Source of the DNA: the human T2T-CHM13v2.0 reference genome, Homo sapiens
Direction: 5' to 3' (one strand)
Length of the DNA stretch: 64,000 nucleotides
NCBI RefSeq assembly: GCF_009914755.1
Contig: NC_060935.1
Part shown: piece after piece, positions 26,678-42,231 of the stretch
How the letters are laid out: every line of letters begins with the position of its first letter
Numbering within the stretch: position 1 is the first letter of the stretch
Notes under the pieces: model-generated
The model's database searches: none
The model's input: only the letters and a program-made list of their open reading frames with translations
Told to the model about the DNA's origin: nothing
Position numbers and translations under genes: made by a program

Positions 26678-27097
26678 TCTGATGGTTCATCATATGTGTC
26701 AGCTTAGTTAGACCATGGTATCCAGATATTTGGTGAAATACACTGGTCTAAATGTTGTTGTGCAGATATGTTTAAAGATGAGATTAACATTTAAGTTAGT
26801 AGACTTTGAGTAGAGCAGTTTATTCTCCACAATATGAGTGATCCTCATCCAATTCATTGACATTCTTAAGAGAAAAAAGATTGACCTCTTTCAAGGCAGA
26901 AGTAATTCTATCAGCAGACTGCCTTTTGACTTGAGCTGCAACATCAGCTTGTCCCTGGGTCTCCAGCCTGCAGGCCTACCTTGCATATTTTGGACTTCTC
27001 AGTCCCCACAAACACATAAGTCAATTTCTTAAAATGACTATCTGTCTTTCTATACATCCCATTGGTTCTATTTTTCTGGAGAATCCTGACTACTACA
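26678..27097 (+). mobile_element. MLT2 (MLT2C/D-like) ERVL solo LTR
   Basis: TGATGGTT...TGTGTCAGCTT, GATGAGATTAACATTT, CCTGGGTCTCCAGCCTGC, ATTGGTTCTATTTTTCTGGAGAATCCTGACTACTACA. Confidence 0.92.
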
Positions 27098-27860
27098 GGG
27101 CTCAAACATACATTTGTTGAATGTATGAATACATCATTAAAGTGATCTTTTTGAGGGAGATGAAATAGAGAGGTTAAGGAACTGGCTTGAGGCCACACAG
27201 TCAGCCAACTGAGTGGGAATTCGAACCCAGTTGTTTTATATGCCCAAGTCCAAGTTGTCTCCTCAACATCATGCAGACTTCAAAGCCCAATGGAAGCAGA
27301 GCCTCTAATAAATAAGTCTTTGATGGAATCCTGAGTGGTAGAAATCTCTATATTTAAGGAACCCCCCACAATGTAGGGAACTCTTTCAGAACCCTACTCA
27401 ATGATGAGGTCCATGAGGGCACTGGATGTCCAGTAGACATGAGGGCTTAGAGGAAACAAACATAAGGCCAACTTCACTCATATGTCCACAGCTGCCAGAA
27501 AGAGCAACATTTGTTTATCACAGAATATCCTGCTTGGTAAAAGGTGGCTGTTTTCATGTTTTAAACCTATAATCCTAAATAATGGGTTTTCTAATTATGA
27601 AGACATGTCCAAACTTATGCTGATTTTAATGTGAAAACAGCAGCTTAGATAATATATACCCTTTTTCATTCTTCAAAATGTTAATCTATAACACCCACAA
27701 TTAAAGATTAAATGGCTCATCTAAGTCCTGATGTGCCAGCCAACAAAGCTTCTGAGATGTAATAATCATTTTAGTCTTGAAAAATAGAGATCAAATATGA
27801 TGGCAGATTTTGAAACTGAAAATTTGTTATGCATATACCTGCATATAAAAAGGTGGATCA

Positions 27861-28170
<310 letters not shown>

Positions 28171-28457
28171 GTGGATCAGAAGCAACAAAGTGTATGCATT
28201 GATAATTTTTATAGAACTAAATTAATATAGGAATACTGTATATTCAAATGTTATTTTATATAACCTCATATCCAGGAGAATTTAAAATAGCTATCTAGAT
28301 TATTGAGGTAACATAATTTTTTTTTGAAACTCTGACAGCATCATTTTCTCTATTGTCACTATCATAGAAACTATATTAGCGTAAAACTCTAAGTAAGCAT
28401 GATGTTTCCATTCTATCAAAGGGAATTCTGTGCAATACCACTGGGAATGGTAATATC

Positions 28458-30096
<1,639 letters not shown>

Positions 30097-30464
30097 CACT
30101 GCCCTGTGTTAAGGGACAGACCGATGTCCAGGCTGCCAGTGAATTAATGTTAGTGTTGGCATTGTTTTAAACTTGTTGATCTAATTCCATGTCAGTGGTC
30201 CTGTCAAGATGTATATTTGGGGTAAAATCACTCTCTGAAATATTATTACTGGTATCTTCAGAGTTTATGCCAATTCAAACAGATATTATTGTAATTCTTA
30301 TTTTGGACCAAAAAACAGCAATAGGAGGAAAATCTATTTCCCCAATTTATATGAACATACCTTTTATGAACCTTTCTTGCTCTCACTCAGATGCAGACTC
30401 TCTGAGAAAGAATCAAAGAACATTTAGCAAGTTCCCTGACAGCTCTCAAGAAACAATTAGATGT

Positions 30465-30655
30465 ATGGGTGTCCAGCCTTTTGGCTTCCCTGGGCCACAC
30501 TGGAAGAAGAAGAATTGTTTTGGACCACACATAAAATATACTAACACTAACGATAGCTGATGAGCTAAAGAAAAAAGGACCGTGTATATTTTTCGTGACA
30601 TCCACCACCACAGATAAGCAAAAAAGCCCTAGAATTCAAAGGGTTAAAAATGGCT
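30465..30655 (+). mobile_element. MER30 family hAT MITE
   Basis: GGGTGTCCAGCCTTTTGGCTTCCCTGGGCCACACTGGAAGAAGAAGAATTGT...AACGATAGCTGATGAGCT. Confidence 0.9.
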
Positions 30656-31739
30656 GAGTACTGTTCTACTAAAAATCAAGGAAAGCAACAGACAATATTT
30701 GATTGGGTTCTGGCAATAAAATGTAAATCTGCATGGTAAACAATAATTGGGAATCAAAATTTTAAAACCTTGATCATGAAATGCATTTATTTTCAATGTT
30801 CCTTATTTTATTTTCAATTTTTTAAAATTATTTCAGAACCAAGGATAATAAAATTCTCATTTTGACCCAATAGAAAAAATGAAACTATAGCCTCTTCTTT
30901 CTCGGTCTTTAGACTTTCCTCCAATTTCCCATCTAAAAATTGCAACCAACACACTGATTTATCATCTCCATAATAAGTAATTCTAATGTTTCCAAAGAAA
31001 ACAATAAAACAGAGAATTACCAGTTAAAGGCAATTTCCTAGCCTGGCATATTTAAGCCATAGCAAGAAATAATGTTCTTTCGCATAAGTAGTATATTTTG
31101 CCTTTCTGACATGTATATCCTATAGGGGGTCTCTAATCAAAACATTTAATTTATAGAAAACAGATGGCTGTAGCTTTCCTACCAAGTTCTGTTTGTTATG
31201 ATAAATCTGAAGCCAGAGATATTTCAATCAGCAAGGCTGAAAAACTAGAGACAGAATGTAGAAAGAGAAAGAGTGAGCTATAGGAATAAATCCTGAGACA
31301 CTATCATTCACTGGTCCAAAAATGTCTGGTCCATAGCCTTAGAAAGATACCTGTTGTTTGCCCCAAATGACATAAATCGTGTGTGAAAGTAGGTCTTCTA
31401 CATATCTCAATAGGCTCTGCAGTCCAACTGATCCTCTCATTTCTGTGTCTGCTACAGATTGTAAATCACTGGCTCTCCATGTAGCTGGGCTTTGTGGATG
31501 ATCTACCAGGCAGTTCTGGCTCTCTCTGGGGCTGTATCACTCTGCCATAAAGAGTTGTCAATGTGACCACAGCCAAAGCAAAATTAGGATAAAAAAATTC
31601 ATACCAAGGAGGTGATATCCACTTCAACAGCTCAAATCAAAGGCTACTTACAAACTGCAAGAGATTAAAAATCAAAAGTTCTATAATACTAATGTGTGCA
31701 AGGCATGTTTCAGCTTAGAGAAAACTTTCATATAATAAG

Positions 31740-32330
31740 ATTATTAAAAGTTGGAGCTTCAGAGTCAAATAGATCAGAGTTTGAAGCCCATTTCTGCCAC
31801 ATCTTATTATCTGTAAGTATAATTTAGGCATCATACTCATACATTACTAAGTTCTCCAATACTCAGGTTTTTTCCATCTGTAAAAACAAAGCAAGACCAA
31901 TCAAAAAAAAGTCAGGACCATGTGCTCTGAGACTTAGCTGATAAGATTTATATATAGCACTGCTAGCACATATTGATATTGAAATAAAATGGTGGTTATT
32001 TTTGGTACCAATTCCATAACAAAAATAGTGCAATATAATATCATTTTTTAAACATGAGAATCAATTGCATGAATACAAATTACACTCATGTCCAAGCAGA
32101 AGAATAATGCAAAAAAGTGCAGTGGAACTAACAACCACTTTAGAAGTAGATCTGGTTATGAACCTTGGTTCCACAACTTACTTGATTGTCAGAAGGTCAC
32201 TTGGTCTCTTCGAGTTCCTTGTATGAAAATTAGAAATAATGACAAATATCTTGATGAGCTATAGTAAAGAGTTTGCATAATATGTATTAAGCACACCAAC
32301 ACAATATCTGGCACCCAGTAATATTACATG
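31740..32330 (+). mobile_element. Two MIR SINEs (about 31740-32000 and 32120-32330)
   Basis: GCTTCAGAGTCAAATAGA...CATCTGTAAAA; ATCTGGCACCCAGTAA. Confidence 0.6.
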
Positions 32331-32550
32331 CAAAAGTATCTTTGAACTGAAACGATTATCTTTATGATTAGAAAACAAGGCAGTTCTTAACAAAAGCAAT
32401 AATTATACCAGGTTACATTGTTATTACACTTTATCCATTGAAGCACCATCAATCTCAAACACTTTCTAAAACAGGGAGGGCATGTGGTATGTCTATTCTC
32501 AAGATGAGGAAAGTGAGCTTCTCTGACATTTTTACACTGTCTATAGAGGC

Positions 32551-32572
32551 GTGTGTGTGTGTGTGTGTGTGT
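32551..32572. repeat. (GT)11 microsatellite
   Basis: Directly visible. Confidence 0.97.
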
Positions 32573-33566
32573 AAAATATAAATGTCATATTAATAGGTAG
32601 TTATTTTTAATGAAGTAGGAAAATTTCCAACAATGACTGATATTATTAAAGATAAATAAAGCAGAGAAGTGAATCCTATGAGCCTTCAATGCTGCTATTC
32701 TACTGCCACATATTTATGATTGAATCACTACTGTTTGATGAGCCATTTTATCCTAAGTGGCATTATTGAGGAGATTAATGAGCCGGGAGACCTGGTGAGT
32801 TAAATTAATGTTTTTAAGGTTAAAACTTATCCAGATTAATAATAATTAAATCCGCAGAGTATACTAGGGCAACACCACAAAGATTAATCCTAACCCACTG
32901 TAAAAATAATTCACTTTGTGTGCTTGAATTACTCATGAGAAGATCTCTGTCTTTGAAAACTAACGTAATTGTTTAGCACTGCAATTACTGTTCAGAAATA
33001 CAAATACAAAGATTCAAACAGAATGGAATGCTAACTAAAGAGCATACAATTTATGAGTCAGAATTAAAATGAATGTACTGAATGATTAAAAATAATATTT
33101 GAGACAATAACAAGTTCTTAAAACATTCAAACATTTTAGTTTACTATTTTGGAGACTACATAATTGGGCTGATCCTATTTATCCTCTATCTGATCAGCGT
33201 AGGGATACAATTTTCAATCTGCACAGTAATTCTGAAAGTGTGTTGTTTCATTTAGACTTTATCTTGTTTTCTGGCTACATTAGTAACATCCACACACGGT
33301 TCTGAAAATATCCAGACCAAGCACCTTCAAGAATCTATTTTTCTTAATCCCAGAAGAAAAATGTTTTATGATGAAGAAGAATCAGCTCATTAAGGAAAAC
33401 TTCTACTATCTACCCGACTATCTCTTTCTTTGCTCTCTCACTTTGATTAATTCCGTCATTACCACATCACTCCTGCCCCTGTACTGTGTCTCCTTGATAT
33501 TCTAGTCTTGACCAATTGTGCTGTTTAGCAAAGATCTTTGCTTACTCTTAGCCTAAACGGACATGA

Positions 33567-34729
33567 TTTTTTAAAAACTTTTATATTAGGTTTGGGAGGT
33601 AAATGTGAAGGTTTTTTTCTTACATGGGTAAACACGTGTCATGGGGGTTTGTTATACAGATTATTTTATCACCCAGGTATTAAGCCCAGTACCCAACAGT
33701 AATTTTTTTCTGCTCCTCTCCCTCCTCCCACCCTCCACCTCAAGTAGACCCCAGTGTCTGTTGTTTCCTTGTTTGTGTTCATAAGTTCTTATCATTTAGC
33801 TCCGACTTGTAAGTGAGAACATGCAGTATTTGGTTTTTGTTCCCGTGCTAGTTTGCTAAAGATAATAGTTTTCACCTCCCATCTATGTTCCTGCAAAACA
33901 CATGATCTAATTCTTTTTTATGGCTACATAGTATTCCATGGTTTATATGTACCACATTTTCTTGTCTAATCTCTTATTGATGGACATTTAGGTTGATTCA
34001 ATTTGTTTGCTATTGTGAATAGTGCTGCAATGAAAATTCGCTTGCATGCGTCTTTTTTTTTTTTTTTTTTTCTGAGGTGGGGTCTCACTCTGCCACCCAG
34101 GTTGGAGTGCAGTGTGCATCTCAGCTCACTGCAACCCCTGCCTCCCAGGCTCTAGTAATCCTCCCATCCCCAGCCTCCTGAGTAGCTGGGACCACAGGAG
34201 TGTACCACCTCACCTGGCTAATTTTTTGTACTTTTGGTAGAGACGGGGTTTTGCCATGTTGCCCAGGCTGCTGTTGAATTCCTGTACTCAGGTGATCAAG
34301 CTGCCTTGGCCTCCCAAAGTGCTGGGATTACAGGCTGGAGCCACTGTGCCTGACCATATGTGTCTTTATGGTAGAATTATTTATATTCCTCTGGGTATCT
34401 ACCTAGTAATGGAATTGCTGGGTGGGATGGTAGTTCTGCTTTTAGCTCTTTGAGGAATCACCAAACGGCTTTCCACAATAGCTGAACTAATTTACACTAG
34501 AACCAACAGTGTGTAAGTGTTCCCTTTTCTCTGCAGCCTTAACAGCCTTCATTGTTTTTGACTTTTTAATAGGTTTGACTTTTAAAAAACTCATTATTTT
34601 TGACTTTTAATGGTATGACTACCTCGTACCATTCTGACTGGTACGAGTGGTATCTCATTGAGGTTTTGGTTTGCATTTCTCTAATGATCGGTGATATTAA
34701 GCTTTTTTTTCACATGCTTGTTGGCCACA
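33567..34729 (-). mobile_element. 5'-truncated L1PA15/16-like element with AluJ insertion
   Basis: CACGTGTCATGGGGGTTTG...CACCCAGGTATTAAGCCCAGTACCCAA...TCATTTAGCTCC 3' UTR. Confidence 0.92.
34053..34355 (-). mobile_element. AluJ SINE
   Basis: CCAGGCTC...ATCCTCCCA, TTTTGCCATGTTGCCCAGGCTG; TSD ATG(C/T)GTCTTT. Confidence 0.93.
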
Positions 34730-35297
34730 AGATACAAATTTTTAAATGGATGGCAGAGAAAGACAAAAATAAATAAACACATGAAAATCATTAAACCATC
34801 TTACACTTACATGTGGTTTCCTTGAAGTTTATGGCTGCCTTAGTGAAGAAATTATCTCCTGAGTGTCTTGATCTTCTTAGAGTAACAGCAAAGACTGAGT
34901 CACATCCCCAGTTAAGAGCCCATTTTATTTTAAGATCTTTCCTCTAAAACCTATGGCCTGCCTGAAGAGTTATGTTCTGGGAATATTCTGGGTGACCTGT
35001 TCTTGGAATATTCTCATCGTTTAGGTGTCTATAAACACTTGCTTATAGGAGACAATTCTATTCTCAGAGCAATTATATACTAAATAATATTATAGCACAA
35101 ACAAATACACAGAGCAAACATCAGTCCTACAAGATTTGTACAAGATGCTGATGTACACAGCACCAGGCATTGATCTTCTCCCACTCGTCACAACCAAATG
35201 AAGACTTTGGTTCCAAATATATTAAATATTCACGGACTTCCTAGAACACCATGCCAACAACGAATTAGGTAGATCCATTGACCTAACCAACCAATGA

Positions 35298-35307
35298 TGT
35301 GTGTGCC

Positions 35308-35340
<33 letters not shown>
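35298..35340. repeat. Interrupted (GT)n microsatellite
   Basis: Directly visible. Confidence 0.95.
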
Positions 35341-35654
35341 TATCTGTATTCTAAGACCCAGTGAAAGTTCAATTTTCTTTTTTCCCATATTTTCCCACTT
35401 TATTTGCGTGATTATATTTGATGTAGAAATGCAACTGGGAAACTTACTGATAACTACTTCTATTTGAAAAAAATAAGAAGAGGGATTATTTTGAGAAAAG
35501 GAAAGGCAATTTGAAACTGAAAGAGCTGTGTTTGGGCTCTAGTTTTACCATTTATAATGTATGTAAGTATATGTGATATCATTCATTCTGAAAGTTCAGA
35601 GATGATCGTTCTAATCTGATCTAACTTCTGTCAATCAGATGCTCTGTTTTGGAA

Positions 35655-35860
35655 GTGGTGAAGGAGTAAGAGCTTTAAAGTCACAGATAATCTGCATTTA
35701 TACACAATATAACCTTGAACAAGCCACATAATCCTCTGAGCCTCAGTTACCTTATTGGTTAAATGACAGAAATGAAACAAACCATTTCAGAGAGTTAATT
35801 TAAGGACAAAAAGAGATTCAATATATAAAATTACATTTGAGAAATAAGAGATCAATAAAT
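35655..35860 (+). mobile_element. MIR SINE
   Basis: ACCTTGAACAAGCCACATAATCCTCTGAGCCTCAGTT. Confidence 0.75.
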
Positions 35861-36246
35861 ATCCTTTGTTTTCTCTCCTTCTTTTCTCAATGTAACACAT
35901 TAATGTAGTTTGACAGTTTTATCTTCATGAGGACTTATCATCACAAAAATTGATATTGGTCAAACTTAGGAAAATGAGGAAAATAATGTGTCTTCCTTCT
36001 GCGTTCCCCGGGTTGCTCAGCACAATGCTAATCACATAACAGATGCATAAAGGGGGAAGTTTATGAGTCTAAGTATCTCAGGACTCGAATTCAGGTCTAA
36101 AACCTGCTACCACTCCTTCCCGTGTCACCTTTAACAAATTACTTAATCTCTCTGATTACGAGTGGAATGAAGGGATTGGACTGCAGAATCTCTAAGGTGT
36201 CTTCCAGCAATACTAGCTCATTATCTACTGTCTATATGCTCACTAG

Positions 36247-36583
<337 letters not shown>

Positions 36584-37299
36584 CGTTGTTGTTGTTTTAA
36601 AGTAGACTCCTAAAGAAGGAGATTAGATAAACCTTTCATTGTGTTGGTAACAAATTCACTCGTACAGAATTATTTAACAAATTATTGATTGAAACTAAAT
36701 AGTTGTTTGGTGGCCATTAGTTGGAATTTTCTTCATATAATCTTTAATGGAGCCGAAATTGACAAATAGTTGTAATCTGTTACTCCATAATGGGGTGCAT
36801 GAAGCAATTCTTTACAGGCTTGAGGCAGCAGACATGTTTACAACAAACATAGTTATTAGATATTATATTGAAACTATCCAATAAACTGAGAGAAAATATC
36901 ACCCACATAGGTGGTCTAGACAACACTTATGGCTGATTTACATGTCTTCTGCCAGTGCTAGAAGTACAATGATTTCCAAACCGTGAAGATTTCAGTCTAA
37001 ACACTTAAAATGTGTCAAACAAACCTTAACAATTAAACCTCAATGGGAATGTGTACCATGTTCCATAACAAATGTTAAAGCCCTAATTGGTAGGTTTATT
37101 TATTTGATTATCAACATGAAGCAACTAGATTTCTTAAATGTTAACAAAATAAAATGTATTTATAGTGTTTTTTCTTGCATTTATATTTTTTAAGGACACT
37201 AATATTATTCCCAACTTAAAATGCAAATAAATTAAATTAGTCTGTAGATGAGAGGAATTTGATGCAGAGGTGAGGAGGTAAATAATTCTTTAAAAAACT

Positions 37300-37510
37300 G
37301 ATTATAGGTCATTCATCATGCTGTATAATTTTACATACTTTATGTTAAATCATTAAGACCTATAAAGTAGGTAATACTATCTTTGCATTATGCATGAGGA
37401 AACACTCCCATAAATATCATGACACTTGCACGAATCACAAATCTAGTGAAACTGAGCTGGAACAGAAACTCTAATCTATTCTATTCGAGACTAGAGCTGA
37501 TGCTTCTCTT
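37300..37510 (-). mobile_element. MIR SINE
   Basis: CCTATAAAGTAGGTAATACTAT...ATGAGGAAAC...ACTTGCACGAATCACA. Confidence 0.65.
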
Positions 37511-38820
37511 TTTTTCATTATTTCAAACTACCTTAAGTGTACACTTAGATTTCTCTTCAAGAGGAAACCTGCCCCCAGCTGCTGCAACTTCAGACCCTCT
37601 GCAGAGTTCACACTGACTATGACTACTCCAAGCCAATGGCTGAGCAAATTGTGTATGTGAGTGGGTATTAGAACCGAACAATTCATGCCTAGCTTTCACT
37701 TTCTGCAACGGCTCATCTTTGTTCCTTGGCTCCTCATGTCTGACTGAGGCTTTCTTAGCGTGGCACTCTGTGTGGGGCTCTTTCTACTCGATCATCACTC
37801 CTTTCCTTTTTTTTTTTCTTTTTTTTTTGTGATGTCAGACTCACCTAGTGATCAGAAGGCTCTCTCTGCCTACTTCTCTTCCTTCTCCTCTCCTCTCCTC
37901 TTGATCATCCTCAGGTACTTTCCGCAGTAAATATCTTGCACATCAAATTCCATTTTTATCTCAGCTTCTTGGAGGACCCAAAAATGACACTCAAAGAGTG
38001 GTTTGAGAAAGTATGTAATGAGATAAGGTTTTTAAACACAATTTACATTTCTCATTTTTGTACATACATAGCAAGGACATAGACTGAGATGAGTTTTTGG
38101 GATCCTCATCACTCACTGCCCAGCTGGAAGGAAGAGCCACATACAGGGTGAAATGTGGGGCAAGGAGGGTGCCTGGCCCAAAGTCATGGACTCATTGCTA
38201 ATGATTACACTGTTGGTAACTTGGGGAAAAGCCTGGTGGAGATGAATGCCCTTGCCAGTGAGATGATTCAAACACTGGAAAGGTCTGAGAGTAACAACAC
38301 CTACAAGGACGGTGGAGTGGGATGATTATGATTAAATCGTATTGACACTAGGCAGAGGGATAATGAGAAACTGAGGGTGGTTAATAAACAGTTAAAGGCT
38401 AAGTAAGGGTCAGAGGGTCTTTTTGGTAGATGCTTCTTCGGTATTATTTCCTGCAATGAAAAAGCAGACACAGCTGATATAAAGTACATGGGCTAATAGT
38501 TGGTGGCACAGAGCTCCCAAGATGTGTACATTCTCGAGCCTGGCAGATCTGTTATGCTAAGGATTCAACCTGATGTAGAAAACCTTGAAATCTGAAACAC
38601 GAAATGGGAACACCTGGGAAGGAAGCCCTTGAAAAGCCTGGCTTTACAGACTCACCTGAACCATTTGTGCCTGAAGATGTTACCCAACTCTTTCAAATAG
38701 TACTTTCCCTATTTGCTTCCCCACTACAGGAATGCACTACAGAGCCCTCTGTCTCCTTAAGGCAACAGGAATTGCCCTCAAGAGCTGCTGCTGCTTCATC
38801 CCCCATAAGTCAGGCCAATA

Positions 38821-39420
38821 ACTAGGGTTACATTTCAGTGCACGTAGGCTGGGGATATGCTAGGCCTGATAAGTATGAAAATAGATTACAACCCAAAGAA
38901 GCTGCAGGAATTTGCTAACATATACCTTCCAGATCCAGAAGAGAACTCCTGGGATTGAATTTCAAAGGGTATTGATTAAGGACAGACAGGATGTATGACT
39001 GAATTTGTTGACTTGTGGGTACTTTCTTAGGACATTGGCTTTAATGCCCTGTAAAAGACCATAGGGAATGGGCAAATTCACTGGTGGCATGGCCTTGAGA
39101 AGCCCTGAGACAACAACGGCCAATGCTTGGCGAAGTGTGAGTACCTGATTTTCCTTGTAAGACAAAAAAAGGAATGAGCAAAAAGGCTCATAGAGCTGGG
39201 AATGCTGGAATGGACATATTACATGAGTCTAGAAGATGCCCTAGAAGATTATTTTCTTTTCTAGGAAGGTCCAGAGGACATGTAATTCATCCAGTCCATC
39301 GTAAATGCACTGGTGAAAGGAGCACCCAAATTACCAAGAGCTTCAGTGGTGGCTCTTCTATGCAGGTTAACACTGATGGTGGAAGAGGTGGACACAGGGC
39401 TGCCCTTTCTGATAGCCAGG
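38821..39420 (+). pseudogene. gag: ERV-L gag remnant
   Basis: Manual translation from 38821: ...DYNPKKLQEFANIYLPDPEENSWD*ISKGID*...EFVDLWVLS*DIGFNAL*, later FIQSIVNALVKGAP...SVVALLC; parallels ERV-L Gag YTPKELLEFSNLY...AWEWILRVWD...EFIDLGPLSRDSAFN...RAAP..KSPVIALLC. Confidence 0.85.
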
Positions 39421-39559
39421 GGAGTGATGGGGATTGCGCCAAATGCCAATTCCAATCATACACTCTTGGATGTGGGACATAATCATCAAATGATCCTGTG
39501 GCTTATTTTCACATCACCTACTGAGGGACTAATTGCTTGATACTTCACACTTTCTCAGT

Positions 39560-39805
39560 GTTACATTCTTCCAGATTAGAGGGAGTGGTCCCTAAAGAGG
39601 GAATACTTTTTTTCAGGGACCAAAGCAAGATATCATTAAACTATGAGCTGCTGTCAAGACACCTGGACTCCTTTAGTGGACAAGTTGCCATTTTGGCAGG
39701 GGTAATTGACTGGCAAGAGATAGGAGGACGGCTCATACTACACAATGGAGGCATGGAGAACCATGTAAGAAATCCAAATGATCCACTTGGTTATTTGTTG
39801 CCCAA
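39560..39805 (+). pseudogene. dut: ERV-L dUTPase remnant
   Basis: LEGVVPKEG...ISLNYEL...VAILAGVIDWQE...LILHNGG...NPNDPLGYLL matches ERV-L dUTPase LEVLVPEGG...IPLNWKL...VTVLAGVIDPDYQ..LLLHNGG...NTGDPLGRLL, with deletions. Confidence 0.85.
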
Positions 39806-40957
39806 CTGTAGCTTTCAGTGGACACATGCAGCCTGAGACACGTATAATTTCTAGGAACTAAGATCGCTCTGGGATAAGGGATTGGGTTACACTATCTACC
39901 AACCAACCAAGACCTGCAGAGGGTGAGGAACTTTAGAATAGATAGTGGAGGAGAGAGATGATAATATCAGTTGCTGCTCTGAAATTAAACTGCAGTGACA
40001 GGAAATGTGATTCATTCCACTTTCTTCCTTCTTCAATGTTTCCTCTCAGGAGGAGAAGCCCCCAGCAACCGTGGAGAAATTATTCTCCATCATTTATATG
40101 GAGAAGTGAGTCTGTGCATCATAAGAGACAGACTGTGGCTGCTATCGGGGGCAGTGTGCCCCTCAGGTCTCCCTTCATGAAAAAAATAATTTTAAAAAAG
40201 CTGGTATAAGTAATCAACCATTAGTTGACAGCCACCAAGTCTGCAATTTCAAGATGTACTGTAGAGTTCATGCTAAAATTATACTATCCCAAAGCTGCTC
40301 CCACTCAGTGACTGACCTTGAAGAAGGCAGTAGAGCTAGTCCATTCTTGCCTAGCATGTTCTCATTTAGGGGCAATATTTTCCTTGGGGGACCTAGTGGT
40401 CTGGCTGAGATATTCTCACAGTGTAATGTAGTCAGGGCTCTTCCTACCCAAACTCCCTTCCTTCCATTACAATTTTGACAGTTGCGACATCCAATTCCTC
40501 ACCCAAAGACTCTTTTGGCCTGTCTCGGCTTTCTCTCCCCATGTGCCTTCAGAGACATTTCCTTCTAATAATTTTTTTCTGAATCTAATTCTGTCTTGCC
40601 ATCTATTGCTTGGATTTCCCAAACAGGTATACCACCTAAAGGAGCAAAAAATGTCTCAAGTCTCATAAAATTCTGGCTTGTATAAAAAGCTTTTGCTTTG
40701 TAGTTAAGCTTTTTGGCCATGGAGGAAAAATTTTAAAAAAGACAATTTCTATAATTCAGAATCTATAATTTGTCTAGTTAGAAAGTACTTAATATTTTAG
40801 ATATACCCAATACAACATGAAATGTCCTCCAGTTCACACACTAGAAACACTTGTAAAGATGCTTGGCCTATTCTGCTACAATTCATATTTCCATTAAAGC
40901 TATATGTTCTGTATGTTTTGTTATTCGTAAATTAACTGCCTTTTCTATTTTTACTAA

Positions 40958-41001
40958 GTTTTTTTTTTTTTTTTTTTTTTTACTTATGTCACTTTTTTTT
41001 T
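40958..41001. repeat. Poly-T tracts
   Basis: T24 followed by a second T run. Confidence 0.95.
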
Positions 41002-42231
41002 CCTCTAAATATTTTTTGACCACTTCACTGGAATGACTGGAGAAGTGATATTAACTAGAAGAAAGCCACATTTGAGGTTTGTGTGTTGGATATTCAATTG
41101 GATTTGCTCATTATTTAAGTAATCCTTCTGCATATCACCCTTAAATATTATATAATTCATATTAAAACTTCAGCAAAATTGCAAAGACTTTTAGAGTTGC
41201 TCCTCGAAAGTCAAAATTTTGAACGATGAACGTTGAGTACCATATTTCTACTCTATATATCAAATTAAGACAGAAATCAAATAAAACCTATAATGGTTAA
41301 GTAGATAATGTCATATAATCTTTAATAATAGAGGGTGATGTGATCTATAACAAATTATAGAATAGTTACTAGAAGTTAGATGGATCCAGAACTACAAGAG
41401 ATTATTTAATTTAACTTGTCAATAAGCCATATATTCAAATATGTTAAATGAGCAGGTATGTTTTGTATGAAATAATGGAACTAGACAAGAAGAGCTTGGG
41501 TCTGTTACACTTCTTGATATATTTTGTTTCCTCTCTTTCACTGCTAATGAACATAGGTAGCAATTTCAATTTTTCTTCCCTAAAGAAGGTGCTGGTTAAA
41601 GCTAACATTATTGCTAAGATAATTTTTAAATATTGAAAGTAAGCATAGCTATAATTTGCATAACAGCCTCAGATGCATGGGATACCACCTGAAAAGGAAC
41701 CTAATTTCTTTAAATAAGAAGAAATCAAAATAAAAGCATAAATTACAATGTGTCAGGCAGTGCTATATCTATAATTAGCCTAGGTATTAAATGTCTTTCT
41801 TACAAACACAGAGATCTTAGGTCATTTATACTAGTCATCTGTTTGCTTAGTACTTATTATAGTTCTTTAGATTTTGTATAATAAATGGTGTTAGTTTTAC
41901 CTTTCAGAGGCTTTGTATTACTTTTGACTACAAGGTGAAAAATCATTCAATTAAGAAGCATCTATTGAGTGTGTATTATGTGGAATATACTAACTAAATA
42001 TAAGAGATTAAAGGTTAATTTTCTGGTTAATTTTGTTGTAATTTTATAGTACTGCCTCTAGGATAAACAAAGATGTCAAAGACTTGGAGTGATATAAAAT
42101 GGCTAACCTTCCTTGCAGCCTTTTCAAAACACTTGGTAATCACATTTTTTTAACAATATGATAGAATTTTAAAATGAAGACAGGATGAAAAAGGGCCAAG
42201 TACAGAAAAAAAAGGCAATGCAAGCCAGGCA

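Larger units (their letters stand above)
26390..27130 (+). mobile_element. L2 3' region interrupted by an MLT2 LTR
   Basis: CCTAGATATCCACAAGGCT..., TAGAATATAAGTTCCA, tail CATTTGTTGAATGTATGAAT after the LTR. Confidence 0.65.
37550..40632 (+). mobile_element. Internally deleted ancient ERV-L provirus (LTR16 / HERV16-type): 5' LTR about 37550-37989, internal 37990-40133, 3' LTR about 40134-40632
   Basis: LTRs share colinear motifs (GCAGAGTTCACACT/GTAGAGTTCATGCT; TCTGACTGAGGCTTTCT/TCTGGCTGAGATATTCT; GGGCTCTTTCTACTC/GGGCTCTTCCTACCC); internal gag and dUTPase peptides. Confidence 0.85.
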
